Shown here: positions 9,590 to 19,676 of the stretch, one piece after another
Layout: the number at the start of each line of letters is the position of its first letter
Position numbering within the stretch: the first letter of the stretch is position 1
From: an uncultured Clostridia bacterium
GTDB lineage: Bacteria > Aerophobota > Aerophobia > Aerophobales > AE-B3A
Length of the DNA stretch: 64,000 bases
Assembly (NCBI GenBank): GCA_964543295.1
Contig: CAZIXA010000002.1
Location: 46,410-110,409, forward strand
Direction of reading: 5' to 3'
The notes under the pieces: model-generated
Seen by the model: only the letters and a program-made list of their open reading frames with translations
The model's database searches: none
What the model was told of the DNA's origin: nothing
Made by a program: the position numbers and the translations under genes

Positions 9590-10729
9590 ATGACAAGAAT
9601 ATTCATGCGCTGGAGAAAGAGTAATCTTCCGAAAACAAAATCGCTGACTCGAACTAAAATTATCTGGCGGGGACTTAGACGAAACCAATTAGGCCTAGTC
9701 GGGGGAATTGTTCTCATTGTTCTTTATCTGGGTGCACTTTTTGCCGATTTCGTTAGTCCATATTCTCCGGATCTCCAGGTCCGAAGTAAGAGCTACTATC
9801 CTCCCACCCCTATACACTTCATTGATGCTCAGGGCAGGTGGAGCTGGCGGCCCTTTGTCTATGAGTACAAACTAGTGGATAGAGCTTTTAAAATTTATAA
9901 GCCTGATACCAGCGTGAAGCATCCCTTCCGTTTCCTGGTGAGGGGAACAGAGTACAAGTTTCTGGGTTTAATTCCTTCTCAAATCCATCTCTTTGGGACT
10001 GATAAGCCTGGTTATATCTTTCTTTTAGGGACAGATAAATTTGGACGGGATCTCCTTTCCCGACTTCTTTTTGGAGCTCGTATCTCTCTTTCAGTAGGAT
10101 TGGTTGGCATCCTGGTTTCCTTTAGTCTGGGAGCATTGGTGGGAGGAATATCAGGGTACTATGGTGGTGCGGTGGACAATGTTTTGATGAGATTCTGTGA
10201 AATGATTATGTCTTTCCCGGGATTTTACTTGCTTCTGGCTCTCCGGGCTGTACTTCCCACTAATCTATCTTCAACTCAGGTCTATCTTTTAATTGTACTC
10301 ATATTAAGCTTCATTGGCTGGCCCGGATTTGCTCGAGTGATTCGAGGTATGTTTCTTTCTTTCAGAGAGCAGGAGTTTAGCCTGGCAGCTAAGGCTTTAG
10401 GGAGCACCGATCTTCGTATTATTTTAAGACATATCTTACCTAACACTATGAGCTTTATCGTTGTAGCGGCTACTCTCAGCGTACCAGGTTATATCCTGGG
10501 AGAAAGTGCTTTGAGTTTTTTGGGGTTGGGGATTCAGGAACCGCAGGCCAGTTGGGGCAATATGCTAGCTGCAGCTATGAACACCCGAGTTTTAGTCAGT
10601 TTCCCCTGGATTTTAGCTCCTGGCCTTTTCATTTTTATATCTATTCTCGCTTTCAACTTTCTGGGAGATGCTCTGCGTGATGCCCTGGAACCCAGGATGC
10701 GAACCAGTAGACAAACTTTTACTGGCTAG
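9590..10729 (+). CDS. Oligopeptide ABC transporter permease (OppC/DppC type) with an extended N-terminus.
   Basis: Polytopic membrane protein of OppC-type topology with an N-terminal extension typical of OppC. Confidence 0.8.
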   Translation: MTRIFMRWRKSNLPKTKSLTRTKIIWRGLRRNQLGLVGGIVLIVLYLGALFADFVSPYSPDLQVRSKSYYPPTPIHFIDAQGRWSWRPFVYEYKLVDRAFKIYKPDTSVKHPFRFLVRGTEYKFLGLIPSQIHLFGTDKPGYIFLLGTDKFGRDLLSRLLFGARISLSVGLVGILVSFSLGALVGGISGYYGGAVDNVLMRFCEMIMSFPGFYLLLALRAVLPTNLSSTQVYLLIVLILSFIGWPGFARVIRGMFLSFREQEFSLAAKALGSTDLRIILRHILPNTMSFIVVAATLSVPGYILGESALSFLGLGIQEPQASWGNMLAAAMNTRVLVSFPWILAPGLFIFISILAFNFLGDALRDALEPRMRTSRQTFTG

Positions 10730-10740
10730 TGAAAAAGTGA

Positions 10741-10764
10741 AAAAGGGGACGTGATTATTTTTGG
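10741..10764 (+). repeat. REP element, forward, between oppC and the M16 peptidase gene.
   Basis: AAAAGGGGACGTGATTATTTTTGG. Confidence 0.7.
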
Positions 10765-10853
10765 TGGCGGTAGGCTTCAGCCCGCGGCTACCAATCCAAA
10801 AAAGACAAATATTTTGACATTACTAATGGAAGAACAAAGGAGGTAAAAATAAG

Positions 10854-13484
10854 ATGAGAAAAAGACGGATTCATTGGCTGGCAATTTTGGGATTATTAGT
10901 GGGTCTGAGTGTGGTTTTCTTGCCTTTCTTTGCTGGCCCCCAAGCGGCAACTATTTCGGAAAGTTATCCTCAGCCTCAAAGATACGTCCTGGACAATGGA
11001 ATGACAGTCATTCTGGAGGAAATTCATACTGCTCCTGTAGTGGCCTGGCAGGCTTGGGTGAAAGCTGGAAGCATCACTGAAGGTGAGTACTCAGGCTCAG
11101 GGGTATCTCATTATATTGAACACATGCTATTTAAGGGAACCAAAAAAAGAGGAGTGGGAGAAATTGATCGGGAGATAAGAGGCCTGGGAGGAACCATTAA
11201 TGCTTATACCTCCTTCGATCGTACTGTTTACCATCTGGTGGTTCCCAGTGAGCATTTTGTCACCGCTCTTGATATTCTGGCTGATGCAGTAATGAATTCA
11301 GCTTTTAACCCGGAGGAATTAAAGAAGGAAAGAGAAGTGATACTTCGGGAAATTGATATGGGCAAGGATGATCCTGATCGCTTCTTAGGTCGTTTTTTCT
11401 GGTCTACTGTCTACCACGAGCATCCCTATCGCTATCCGGTTATTGGATACCGAACTCTATTTGAACGATTAACAAGGGAAGATCTCTTAGCCTATTACCA
11501 TAGAATGTACCGCCCTAATAATATGATACTGGTAGGAGTGGGAGATTTTGATTCTCAAGTAGCTCTTGCCCAAATTAAAGAGGCTTTTACCGACTTTAAG
11601 CGAGGATCGCTGCCACCAGTTTACATTCCAGCTGAACCTCGTCAATTGGTGCCAAGGAGAGTGGAAAAAGAATTTGAAGTTAAACAAATTTACCTACTCA
11701 TGGGTTTTCATACAGTAAGTATTCAGAATAAAGATATGTACCCCCTGGATGTTCTGGCTATCATTTTGGGGCAAGGGCGAAGTTCCCGATTGTTTAGAAA
11801 AATTAGAGAAGAAAAGGGACTGGTAAACGCCGTATCTGCCTGGTCCTATACTCCCAGGGATGCTGGTATCTTTGGTATAAGAGCTACTCTGAATGAGGCA
11901 AATAAAAACCGTGCTATTGAGGAAATCTTAAAAGAACTGGACCAATTCAAAGTGGAGCTGGTGAGTGAAGAGGAGCTAGAGAAGGCCAAAAGAAAGGTGG
12001 TAAGTGAGCACATATTCTCCCAGGAGACTATGGAAGATAGGGCCACAGATCTGGCTTCCAATGAGCTGGTGGTTGGAGATGTTAATTTTTCTGAAAACTA
12101 CGTCAAACAAATCCAGAAGGTGAACCGGGAAGAGATTAGACGGGTGGCTAATAAATATTTTCGTCGGAATAATCTTACCATAACTCTTCTCAAGCCAGCT
12201 GTGGAAAAGGCAGCCACCAAGCCAAAGATTTCTGTAAAAAAACCACCGCTCATCAATAAATATGAGATGCCCAATGGCATGAATCTTCTGGTGCGCGAAA
12301 ATCATACCTTACCCACTGTTTTCATGCAGGTCGTATTTAAGGGAGGGCTGAGGTTCGAAAATCAAGACAATAATGGGATATGTAATTTTGTACGAAGTAT
12401 GCTCTTGAAAGGGACTAAGACTAAGTCTGCTCGCCAGATAGCTGATGAAATAGAGTCGCTTGGTGGAGCTATCGATACCTACGGAGGAAATAACAGTTTC
12501 GGCTGCTCGGTTAGCGTATTAAAGGAAGACTTTGATACCGGACTTGATATCCTGGCCGATGTCATTATGAACTCGAGCTTCCCTTCCGGGGAAATAGAGC
12601 GGGAAAGAAGAATCATCTTAGCTCAGATCAAAGCTCAAGAAGATGATATTTTTAATGCTGCCTTTAAACTGTTCAAAGAAACCTTATTTACCCGCCATCC
12701 CTTTAAATTTCAAAGTATCGGCACGGCCCAGAGTATAGCTAAGCTCACCAGAGCCGATTTAATTAAATATTATGATGAATTCTGTAGACCTAACAATATG
12801 GTCCTCGCTGTTTATGGAGATGTAAAGGCATCCGAGGTGGCAAAGAAAGTAGAGCAGGCCTTTGCTGACTTTAAAGCTCAGCCACTGCCTTTGATTCAGA
12901 TTCCCCAGGAGCTAAAACCAACCCAGGTGAGGGTGGCCACCGAGTATATGGAGAAAAAACAGGCTGTGATTATGATAGGGTTTCAGGGCATTAATGTTAA
13001 AAGTGAGGATAGATACACCTTTGAGGTTATGACCTCTATCCTTTCCGGCGGAGGTTCCCGCCTTTACCAGAGCCTTAGAGAACGGCTGGGCCTTGCCTAT
13101 AATATAGGAAGTTTTTCCTTTATAGGACTGGAGGATCCCGGTGCTTACATCTTTTACATAGCTACAGCTCCGGAAAAGATAGAGACAGCTAGAGATGGGC
13201 TTTTGGAAGAGATAAAAAAGCTGATAACGAATGAGGTATCAGAAGAGGAGCTCAATCGAGCTAAGAAAGATTTAATTGGCACCGAGACCATTCGTCTGGA
13301 GACTAACCAGGCTTTGGCTCTTCAGTCTGCCCTGGATGAGCTATACGGATTGGGCTACGAGAATTTTAAACGATATGCTTCCGATATTAATCAAGTTACT
13401 CAAGAGGATATTAAAAAGGTGGCGGCTAAGTATTTTGATCTCGGTAGCTATACGATAGTGGTTGTGGGACCGAAAGAGCACTAA
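10854..13484 (+). CDS. M16-family zinc metallopeptidase (pitrilysin-like), a single chain with two tandem M16 units, secreted.
   Basis: The inverzincin motif HYIEHMLFKG (HxxEH), a duplicated M16 architecture (876 aa), a signal peptide, and AAGGAGG immediately upstream. Confidence 0.85.
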   Translation: MRKRRIHWLAILGLLVGLSVVFLPFFAGPQAATISESYPQPQRYVLDNGMTVILEEIHTAPVVAWQAWVKAGSITEGEYSGSGVSHYIEHMLFKGTKKRGVGEIDREIRGLGGTINAYTSFDRTVYHLVVPSEHFVTALDILADAVMNSAFNPEELKKEREVILREIDMGKDDPDRFLGRFFWSTVYHEHPYRYPVIGYRTLFERLTREDLLAYYHRMYRPNNMILVGVGDFDSQVALAQIKEAFTDFKRGSLPPVYIPAEPRQLVPRRVEKEFEVKQIYLLMGFHTVSIQNKDMYPLDVLAIILGQGRSSRLFRKIREEKGLVNAVSAWSYTPRDAGIFGIRATLNEANKNRAIEEILKELDQFKVELVSEEELEKAKRKVVSEHIFSQETMEDRATDLASNELVVGDVNFSENYVKQIQKVNREEIRRVANKYFRRNNLTITLLKPAVEKAATKPKISVKKPPLINKYEMPNGMNLLVRENHTLPTVFMQVVFKGGLRFENQDNNGICNFVRSMLLKGTKTKSARQIADEIESLGGAIDTYGGNNSFGCSVSVLKEDFDTGLDILADVIMNSSFPSGEIERERRIILAQIKAQEDDIFNAAFKLFKETLFTRHPFKFQSIGTAQSIAKLTRADLIKYYDEFCRPNNMVLAVYGDVKASEVAKKVEQAFADFKAQPLPLIQIPQELKPTQVRVATEYMEKKQAVIMIGFQGINVKSEDRYTFEVMTSILSGGGSRLYQSLRERLGLAYNIGSFSFIGLEDPGAYIFYIATAPEKIETARDGLLEEIKKLITNEVSEEELNRAKKDLIGTETIRLETNQALALQSALDELYGLGYENFKRYASDINQVTQEDIKKVAAKYFDLGSYTIVVVGPKEH

Positions 13485-13526
13485 AGGGGTCAGGTCTCAA
13501 CATTATTTACCCGCTCTATTCCTTCT

Positions 13527-14573
13527 TTATTTTTCTATATGGATTGTTCTGGTGGGGAAGGGAATCTTTATTCCTTTAGATTGCAGTTCCTCATAAGCCA
13601 GAGAGACAAACTTATCTCGAATATCGAATCTTTGCCTAAAATCGGTAATCCAGAAAACTACTCTAAAATTAAGGGAGAAGTCGGCCATTTCCATAAAATA
13701 AACCCGGGGAGGAGGGTCCTCCTGGATTCTCCCTATCTTTTTGATACAATCCATAAGGACTTGCCTGGTTTTTTTTATGTCTGAGCCATAAGCTACCCCT
13801 ATCCTTACCACCATCTTCAAGTTAGCTAAGGGACGGCCATAATTGGTGATTTTACTTGTTACTAGGCTATTGTTAGGAATGATGATCTCATTTCCTTCCT
13901 CGAATGATTTTATCCGGGTCGACCTTAAGCCTATGTCGATAATTTCTCCCACTTCCCCACTTTCTAGTTTGATAAAATCACCTATTCTAAAGGATTGGTC
14001 AGCAATGAGGGCTATTCCTCCAAAGATGTTGGCGAAGATATCACGCAGAGCAAAGCCGAAGACAAACCCGGCAATACCTAGACTGGCCACCAGAGCCGTT
14101 ACTCTAACATCCCAGAGAGTTAAGATAAAGATAATGAGGAGGCCGAATATAATAAAATTCAAAATTTTTCGGCTAAGAATTATTAATTCTCGTCCTTTGA
14201 CCTTACCCGTGACCCTGCTTCTTTGGGTAAACCAGCCTTTAATTAATACATTAATAAAAGAGCTAGCCAGGTAACAGGAGATGGCTATGACTATGGAAAG
14301 TACTATCCGGGAGAAAATTACTCTGGTCTGAGTAGATAAAGGAAGAAAGTTAAAGGCGGTGGTAATTCCAGCCAGGATGATAAGATAGAAGATGGGAGCT
14401 TTTACTTTAGAGAGAATGATGTCGTCAAGTTGGGTGGTTGTTTTCTTGACTAATCTACCAACCAGGTGAGTTAAAATAAGATAGATGACTTTTGCTCCCA
14501 GGTAAAAAAAGGCAAAAGCCAGGATTGCTTTTAGATAGGGACTAATCGCAAGTTTCTCCAGCGATTCTATCAT
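13527..14573 (-). CDS. Mechanosensitive ion channel, MscS family.
   Basis: Three N-terminal transmembrane helices followed by the MscS beta-domain signature (IGDFIKLESGEVGEIIDIGLRSTRIKSFEGNEIIIPNNSL). Confidence 0.8.
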   Translation of the reverse strand: MIESLEKLAISPYLKAILAFAFFYLGAKVIYLILTHLVGRLVKKTTTQLDDIILSKVKAPIFYLIILAGITTAFNFLPLSTQTRVIFSRIVLSIVIAISCYLASSFINVLIKGWFTQRSRVTGKVKGRELIILSRKILNFIIFGLLIIFILTLWDVRVTALVASLGIAGFVFGFALRDIFANIFGGIALIADQSFRIGDFIKLESGEVGEIIDIGLRSTRIKSFEEGNEIIIPNNSLVTSKITNYGRPLANLKMVVRIGVAYGSDIKKTRQVLMDCIKKIGRIQEDPPPRVYFMEMADFSLNFRVVFWITDFRQRFDIRDKFVSLAYEELQSKGIKIPFPTRTIHIEK

Positions 14574-14820
14574 TATCCTCTCTTTTTAATGGCTGGTGTC
14601 TTCAGAATATACAAAAATAGCCTGTTGTCAAGAAAAGGAAGCCACTAGATTATATAGATTTTGTTGGGGTACCATTTTAATATAACTATCTCATCTTAGC
14701 ATTTGCATGTTTCACGAGAGCCTAAACTGATAGCTTTTTTCTTCTCCAGTCTTCTTTCCTCTTGACCTAATTTCACTGGAACTTCATATTCTGTTGTAGA
14801 CCCCCAAATTTCTGAGGTTC

Positions 14821-14900
14821 TCACTTGACACTTCAAATATTTTTATCATTTTTACCAAAAAATGTTAAATATCAATAAAAATGATACTTAAATTAAGGGA
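14821..14900 (+). promoter_or_regulatory. Promoter/operator element, copy 1. TTGACA at 14825-14830, then the inverted repeat TATCA-N7-TGATA at 14870-14886.
   Basis: An approximately 80-bp element repeated at 14990-15070 with about 85% identity. It contains a -35-like TTGACA and a 5-N7-5 inverted repeat. Confidence 0.45.
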
Positions 14901-14989
14901 GATTATCAAGGAAAAAGAGAGGGGTTTAGCGAGACAGATAGGCGAAAATATGCTATGGGTGGCCTTTTCGCTTGGCCGTTTCACCTCCC

Positions 14990-15070
14990 CCTCTTGACAC
15001 TTTGAATATTTTTATTATCTTTAAAAAAAGATGGTAAATATCAATAAAATTGATACTTAAGTGACAAAGA
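14990..15070 (+). promoter_or_regulatory. Promoter/operator element, copy 2. TTGACA at 14994-14999, IR TATCA-N7-TGATA at 15039-15055. It ends about 27 bp upstream of the ArsR-type regulator gene.
   Basis: Same architecture as copy 1. The position fits an autoregulated operator for the downstream wHTH regulator. Confidence 0.45.
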
Positions 15071-15082
15071 GGGAGCTAAAGA

Positions 15083-16015
15083 ATGGATGATAAACTCCTA
15101 GTTGTCCCGGTAACTAAAGGCAAGGAAGATGCATTTACGATTCTTAAATCTCTGGCCTCCAAAGTCCGGCTGGATATATTGGATATATTAAAAGATAAGA
15201 AACTTAATGTGAGCGATATCGCTGAAAAGCTGGGTATTCCTCAATCTACTGTTTCAACTAATCTCAAGTTTTTAGAAGAAGCTGGCTTAGTTAAAGTGGA
15301 GATTGCCTCTGGCAAAAAAGGAGCTCAAAAATTATGTTCTTCCTGTTATGAAGAAGTTGTATTTCAGCTACCCAGTATGAAAAGAAAGCCTCAAGAAAAT
15401 ATCATTGAGGTAGAAATGCCAGTAGGATTATACACAGATTTTAAAGTGAGTCCTCCTTGTGGTCTGTGTTCAAAGGATAAAATCATTGGTTTTTTGGATG
15501 TACCCAACTCCTTTCATGAACCTGCTCGTGCTACGGCCAGTTTAATATGGTTTGAAAGAGGGTTTGTGGAATACAAATTCCCCAACAACCTTCCTATTGA
15601 TAGGGAATTAAAGAGGCTTGAGGTAAGCATGGAATTATCCTCAGAAGTTGTCGGCACTAGTAAAGATTGGCCCTCAGATATAACAGTATGGATAAATGGT
15701 GTAGAGATAGGAGGTTGGACCTCCTCCGGTGATTTTGGAGACAAGCGGGGAAAACTTACTCCTGAGTGGTGGAAATTAGCGGGGTCTCAATATGGACTGC
15801 TCAAGAGATGGAGTGTTACCAAAACTGGGTCCTTTGTAGATGGGGTAAGGATATCCAATGTAACAATATCTAACTTAGGAATTAAAAATCATACTTCCAT
15901 AAAGGTTAAAATTGGAATTAAAGAGGGCGCTAAGAACATCGGGGGTATAAACATATTCGGTAGCAACTTCGGAAACTATGACCAGGATATTGTAATGAGA
16001 CTGGAGTTGGGATAA
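15083..16015 (+). CDS. ArsR-family winged-HTH transcriptional regulator with a C-terminal domain of unknown function of about 220 aa.
   Basis: The N-terminal ArsR HTH signature (VRLDILDILKDKKLNVSDIAEKLGIPQSTVSTNLKFLEEAGLV), the AGAGGGAG RBS, and its position at the head of a sugar ABC/glycosidase locus. Confidence 0.7.
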   Translation: MDDKLLVVPVTKGKEDAFTILKSLASKVRLDILDILKDKKLNVSDIAEKLGIPQSTVSTNLKFLEEAGLVKVEIASGKKGAQKLCSSCYEEVVFQLPSMKRKPQENIIEVEMPVGLYTDFKVSPPCGLCSKDKIIGFLDVPNSFHEPARATASLIWFERGFVEYKFPNNLPIDRELKRLEVSMELSSEVVGTSKDWPSDITVWINGVEIGGWTSSGDFGDKRGKLTPEWWKLAGSQYGLLKRWSVTKTGSFVDGVRISNVTISNLGIKNHTSIKVKIGIKEGAKNIGGINIFGSNFGNYDQDIVMRLELG

Positions 16016-16214
16016 TTTTGCTGCATCCTAAGTAGTAAATAGACAAGTAAAAGCTCTTTCGTTTGAAAAAGGAAAAGCTAAAATCAAGGCCAGGAGGAGG
16101 TGATGAGATTAAGAAAATAAATAGGCTCATTAGCTTGGGAAAGGAAGGCTTCCTAAAAGAGAAGTGTTGGAAAATTAATTTCTCTTTTAGGAGCTTTCCA
16201 CGAAAGTTTGAACC

Positions 16215-17516
16215 ATGTCTCTAAATACGAGGAGGAAAAAAATGAAGAGGTCAAATGTTTTTCCCAAAACAATAACATCTTTAGTAATTGCTTTCTCTTT
16301 GATATCTGTAGGTCTCACTTCGGTTCTTTCTGCAAAGGTGACCCATATTAAATTTGCTGAGTGGAATGCCTTAAAGGACCCATATAATTATGTGAAAGCT
16401 TTTGAAAAGGCAAATCCGGATATTAAAGTCGATTTTACCTTAATTCCTGAAGCAGAATATTCTCAGAAAATTAATACTATGGCAATAACTGGTAATGCTC
16501 CAGATGTTATGGTATTATGGGAATGTGATATAACTAGATTGGCTAAAGCCGGGCTTGTTATCCCACTGGATGAGCATGTAAAACAAACTAAAACTTTCAG
16601 CATGGATGATTTTATTCCCGCTGTTGGTAATTTAATTAAGTCACAAGGTAAAATATACGGATTTCCTTGGTGTTTTGCTACAGAAATATTGTATTACAAC
16701 AAAGATGTGTTTGACAAAGCTGGTTTAGCATATCCGGATGAGAAGTGGACATGGAAGGATTTTGAAAACGCTGCTAAAAAGCTAACTATAGTAAAAGATG
16801 GTAAGGTTGTTCAATGGGGTTGCGATTCTCTTAATTTCCAGGGACTATGGTACTCTCTAATTGGCACAGCAGGCGATGAAATTGTAAATGAAAAAGGTCA
16901 ATTCTCTATAGGAAATGGTGCAAAGGAATTTTTACAATGGTGGTATAACTTGACAAATAAAGATAAGGTAGTTCCATCTCCACAGACTGCAGTAGGTGGG
17001 GTGACATCAGATTTATTCATGGCTGGAAAGGCAGCCATGGCATTCAATGGCAGTTGGATGACCTCAGTTTATAAAGATATAAAAGACTTCGGGTGGGATA
17101 TTGCTCCAATACCGAAAGAAAAGAGACAGTACTCTACACTTCATACAGGATTCTTTACTATCTATGTTAAGAGTAAGGTTAAAGATGCAGCATGGAGATT
17201 TATTGAATTCTGTATGAGCGGTGAAGGGCAGGAAGTAATAAATAAGGCTGGAAATAATCCTTCAGCACGTATATCAATACTTAAGAAGGGTTATTATAAA
17301 GTATATGGCCCTAAAGGTCCAACTCGTTGGGATGCAATTGAAAAGACGGCACAATTTGCTCAGTGGGGATATGTATTACTTCCTCCAGGATTGAGTTTTG
17401 ATGTTGTTAAAGACTTCCATGCGGTAATATTAGGACAAATGAGTATAGATGATGCTCTAAAGCGTGCAATGGATAGAGGAAAGGAAATTTTAGGAGAGAA
17501 AGGAGTTGCTGAATAG
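16215..17516 (+). CDS. Sugar ABC transporter substrate-binding protein (family 1, MalE/AraN-like).
   Basis: A signal/lipobox-like N-terminus, family-1 SBP blocks, and two MalFG-type permease genes downstream. Confidence 0.8.
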   Translation: MSLNTRRKKMKRSNVFPKTITSLVIAFSLISVGLTSVLSAKVTHIKFAEWNALKDPYNYVKAFEKANPDIKVDFTLIPEAEYSQKINTMAITGNAPDVMVLWECDITRLAKAGLVIPLDEHVKQTKTFSMDDFIPAVGNLIKSQGKIYGFPWCFATEILYYNKDVFDKAGLAYPDEKWTWKDFENAAKKLTIVKDGKVVQWGCDSLNFQGLWYSLIGTAGDEIVNEKGQFSIGNGAKEFLQWWYNLTNKDKVVPSPQTAVGGVTSDLFMAGKAAMAFNGSWMTSVYKDIKDFGWDIAPIPKEKRQYSTLHTGFFTIYVKSKVKDAAWRFIEFCMSGEGQEVINKAGNNPSARISILKKGYYKVYGPKGPTRWDAIEKTAQFAQWGYVLLPPGLSFDVVKDFHAVILGQMSIDDALKRAMDRGKEILGEKGVAE

Positions 17517-17633
17517 AGTCAGTCTTATATAAGGGGAAACTGCCACTCCCCCTTTTTAGCGATGGATAGTGTTTGTAGCACCTCACTATTTTCAGTGAGG
17601 TGCTACAATTTTTAGAAAATATTTTAAGATTAT

Positions 17634-18536
17634 ATGAAGAGCAGAATAATGAATCACAAAAAAGGGTCAATCGTTCCCTATATATATTTATCTCCATGGA
17701 TAATAGGATTCGTCTTATTTTCCGGAGGACCTATTATTGCTGCTATACTAATAGGTTTTACCAAATGGGAGCTGATAAGTAACCCTACCTGGGTTGGTCT
17801 TTCTAATTTTGTTAGGATGTTTAGAGTAAGTTCTGAATTTTGGGGTATACTTAGGGTTACTCTTATTTTTACTTTATTTTCTGTGATTGTAACTGTAGGA
17901 TGGGCTCTTTTCTTAGCTTTACTTCTAAATCAAAAGACCCGTGGTACAGGTATATTCAGTTTTTTCTATTTTATTCCAGCAGTTGTACCATTGGTAGCGT
18001 TGACTTTTGTATTCCAGCTAATTTTTAATAAAGAACTTGGAGTTGCAAATTATCTCCTTTATCTAATTGGTATTCATAATGGCCCAAACTGGCTAATGGA
18101 TAGTAGGTGGGTCTTGTGGACTATTATATTCATTTGTATCTATATGTATTCAACAGGACAGATGATGTTGATTTTTGACGGAGCTTTAAAGGATGTGTCT
18201 AAGGAACTATATGAAGCTGCGGAAATTGATGGTGCAAATAGTATAGATAAATTTTTTAAAATTACTCTTCCTGCCATTTCGCCAATTCTATTTTTTAATT
18301 TAGTTATAGCTACAATAGGTTCACTGAACCTGTCATTTACGCTGATATACCCATTAACAGGCGGAGGCCCAGGAAAACTTACTCAGGTGATAAGTTTAGA
18401 CATTTATAACAATGCCTTTAAAAACTTTAGAATGGGATATGCTTGTGCTGAGGCTATTGTACTATTTATTATTGTTGCAATAATATCATTGGTACAATTT
18501 AGACTTTCCCGAAAATGGGTATATTATGAAGTGTAG
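17634..18536 (+). CDS. Sugar ABC transporter permease (MalF/AraP-like).
   Basis: Six transmembrane helices and the EAA motif region (EAAEIDGANSIDKFFKITLP). Confidence 0.8.
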   Translation: MKSRIMNHKKGSIVPYIYLSPWIIGFVLFSGGPIIAAILIGFTKWELISNPTWVGLSNFVRMFRVSSEFWGILRVTLIFTLFSVIVTVGWALFLALLLNQKTRGTGIFSFFYFIPAVVPLVALTFVFQLIFNKELGVANYLLYLIGIHNGPNWLMDSRWVLWTIIFICIYMYSTGQMMLIFDGALKDVSKELYEAAEIDGANSIDKFFKITLPAISPILFFNLVIATIGSLNLSFTLIYPLTGGGPGKLTQVISLDIYNNAFKNFRMGYACAEAIVLFIIVAIISLVQFRLSRKWVYYEV

Positions 18537-18578
18537 TTATTACTTAAGTACAAATTGGCTATTTTTTAGAAAGAGGAA

Positions 18579-19421
18579 ATGTGGAGAATGGAAATGAGTA
18601 ACAAAACAATAAAATTTTTACGATATTTTATAGCGGCATTAGTAGCTATTATTATGTTCTTTCCTATTCTCTGGATTATCTCGTCATCTTTTAAACCTCT
18701 TATAGAGTTTAGTTCCTATCCTCCCTTTCTTATTCCTCGCCACTTTTATCCTGAGAATTTTATTGAATTATTGTCCCAAAGTAAAGTATTAACATATTTA
18801 AAAAACACCGTAATTTTGATTGTGGGAAGCACTGTAGGAACTTTAATATCTAGCTCTATAGTTGCTTATCCTCTTGCACGAATGAACTTTAGAGGTAGAA
18901 ATCTAATTTTTGGAATGATTTTGGCAACTATGATGGTACCGAGTGCAGTTACAATTGTTCCTCAATATATTCTCTTTAACCGATTGGGATGGCTTGATAC
19001 ATTTTTACCAATAATTGTGCCTGCTTTTTTTGCTTATCCCTTTAATGTATTTCTTTTTAGACAATATTATAGAACAATTCCTAAGGATTTAGATGAAGCC
19101 GCTAAACTTGATGGATGCAACAGTTGGCAAATATTTTTAAAGATAATTGTTCCTCTATCTAAACCAATCTTTATAGCGATTGGAGTGCTATCTTCTATAT
19201 ATTGGTGGAATGAATTTTTTATCCCTCTAATTTTTATAAATTCAGAGGACTTAAAACCATTGAGCGTAGGTCTATATAGTGTTTCCAGAACTTTCTTTAT
19301 AACAAGGTGGAATCTTCTGATGGCAATGTCTACAGTAATGATAATCCCACCGATAATTTTATATTTATTTTCCCGTAGATATATAGCTGAAGGAATAAAA
19401 ACTTCAGGGATAAAGCAATAG
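18579..19421 (+). CDS. Sugar ABC transporter permease (MalG/AraQ-like).
   Basis: Six transmembrane helices and the EAA motif (EAAKLDGCNSWQIFLKIIVP). Confidence 0.8.
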   Translation: MWRMEMSNKTIKFLRYFIAALVAIIMFFPILWIISSSFKPLIEFSSYPPFLIPRHFYPENFIELLSQSKVLTYLKNTVILIVGSTVGTLISSSIVAYPLARMNFRGRNLIFGMILATMMVPSAVTIVPQYILFNRLGWLDTFLPIIVPAFFAYPFNVFLFRQYYRTIPKDLDEAAKLDGCNSWQIFLKIIVPLSKPIFIAIGVLSSIYWWNEFFIPLIFINSEDLKPLSVGLYSVSRTFFITRWNLLMAMSTVMIIPPIILYLFSRRYIAEGIKTSGIKQ

Positions 19422-19676
19422 TTAACCTAAAAAGGCATAAAAATAGGCTATGAAGGATCTTTAAGAAAGGTCGTAGATCCAATATATTAGGTATTTATTC
19501 CATTAGGGTGAGCATGAATGTCAGTCCTTAAAAATGAGGGAGTTATTGATAGTGGTCATTATTCCAGATTCCAGTTATTCTCGCTTTCTTCTTTGCCCAA
19601 AGGTATTTTGTAGAGCGAATAACCGTAACCGGGGTGGAAGGTTAAGGTTTTCACAATCAAAGTTGGAGGAGTTATC

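Noticed and set aside
13843-14274. A 143-aa ORF on the plus strand inside the MscS gene. Other short antisense ORFs lie inside the large CDSs at 2152-2361, 2838-3144, 3595-4080, 11976-12305, 44278-44748 and elsewhere.
   Set aside because: Each is fully embedded antisense within a well-supported gene, and none has an RBS or a domain signature.
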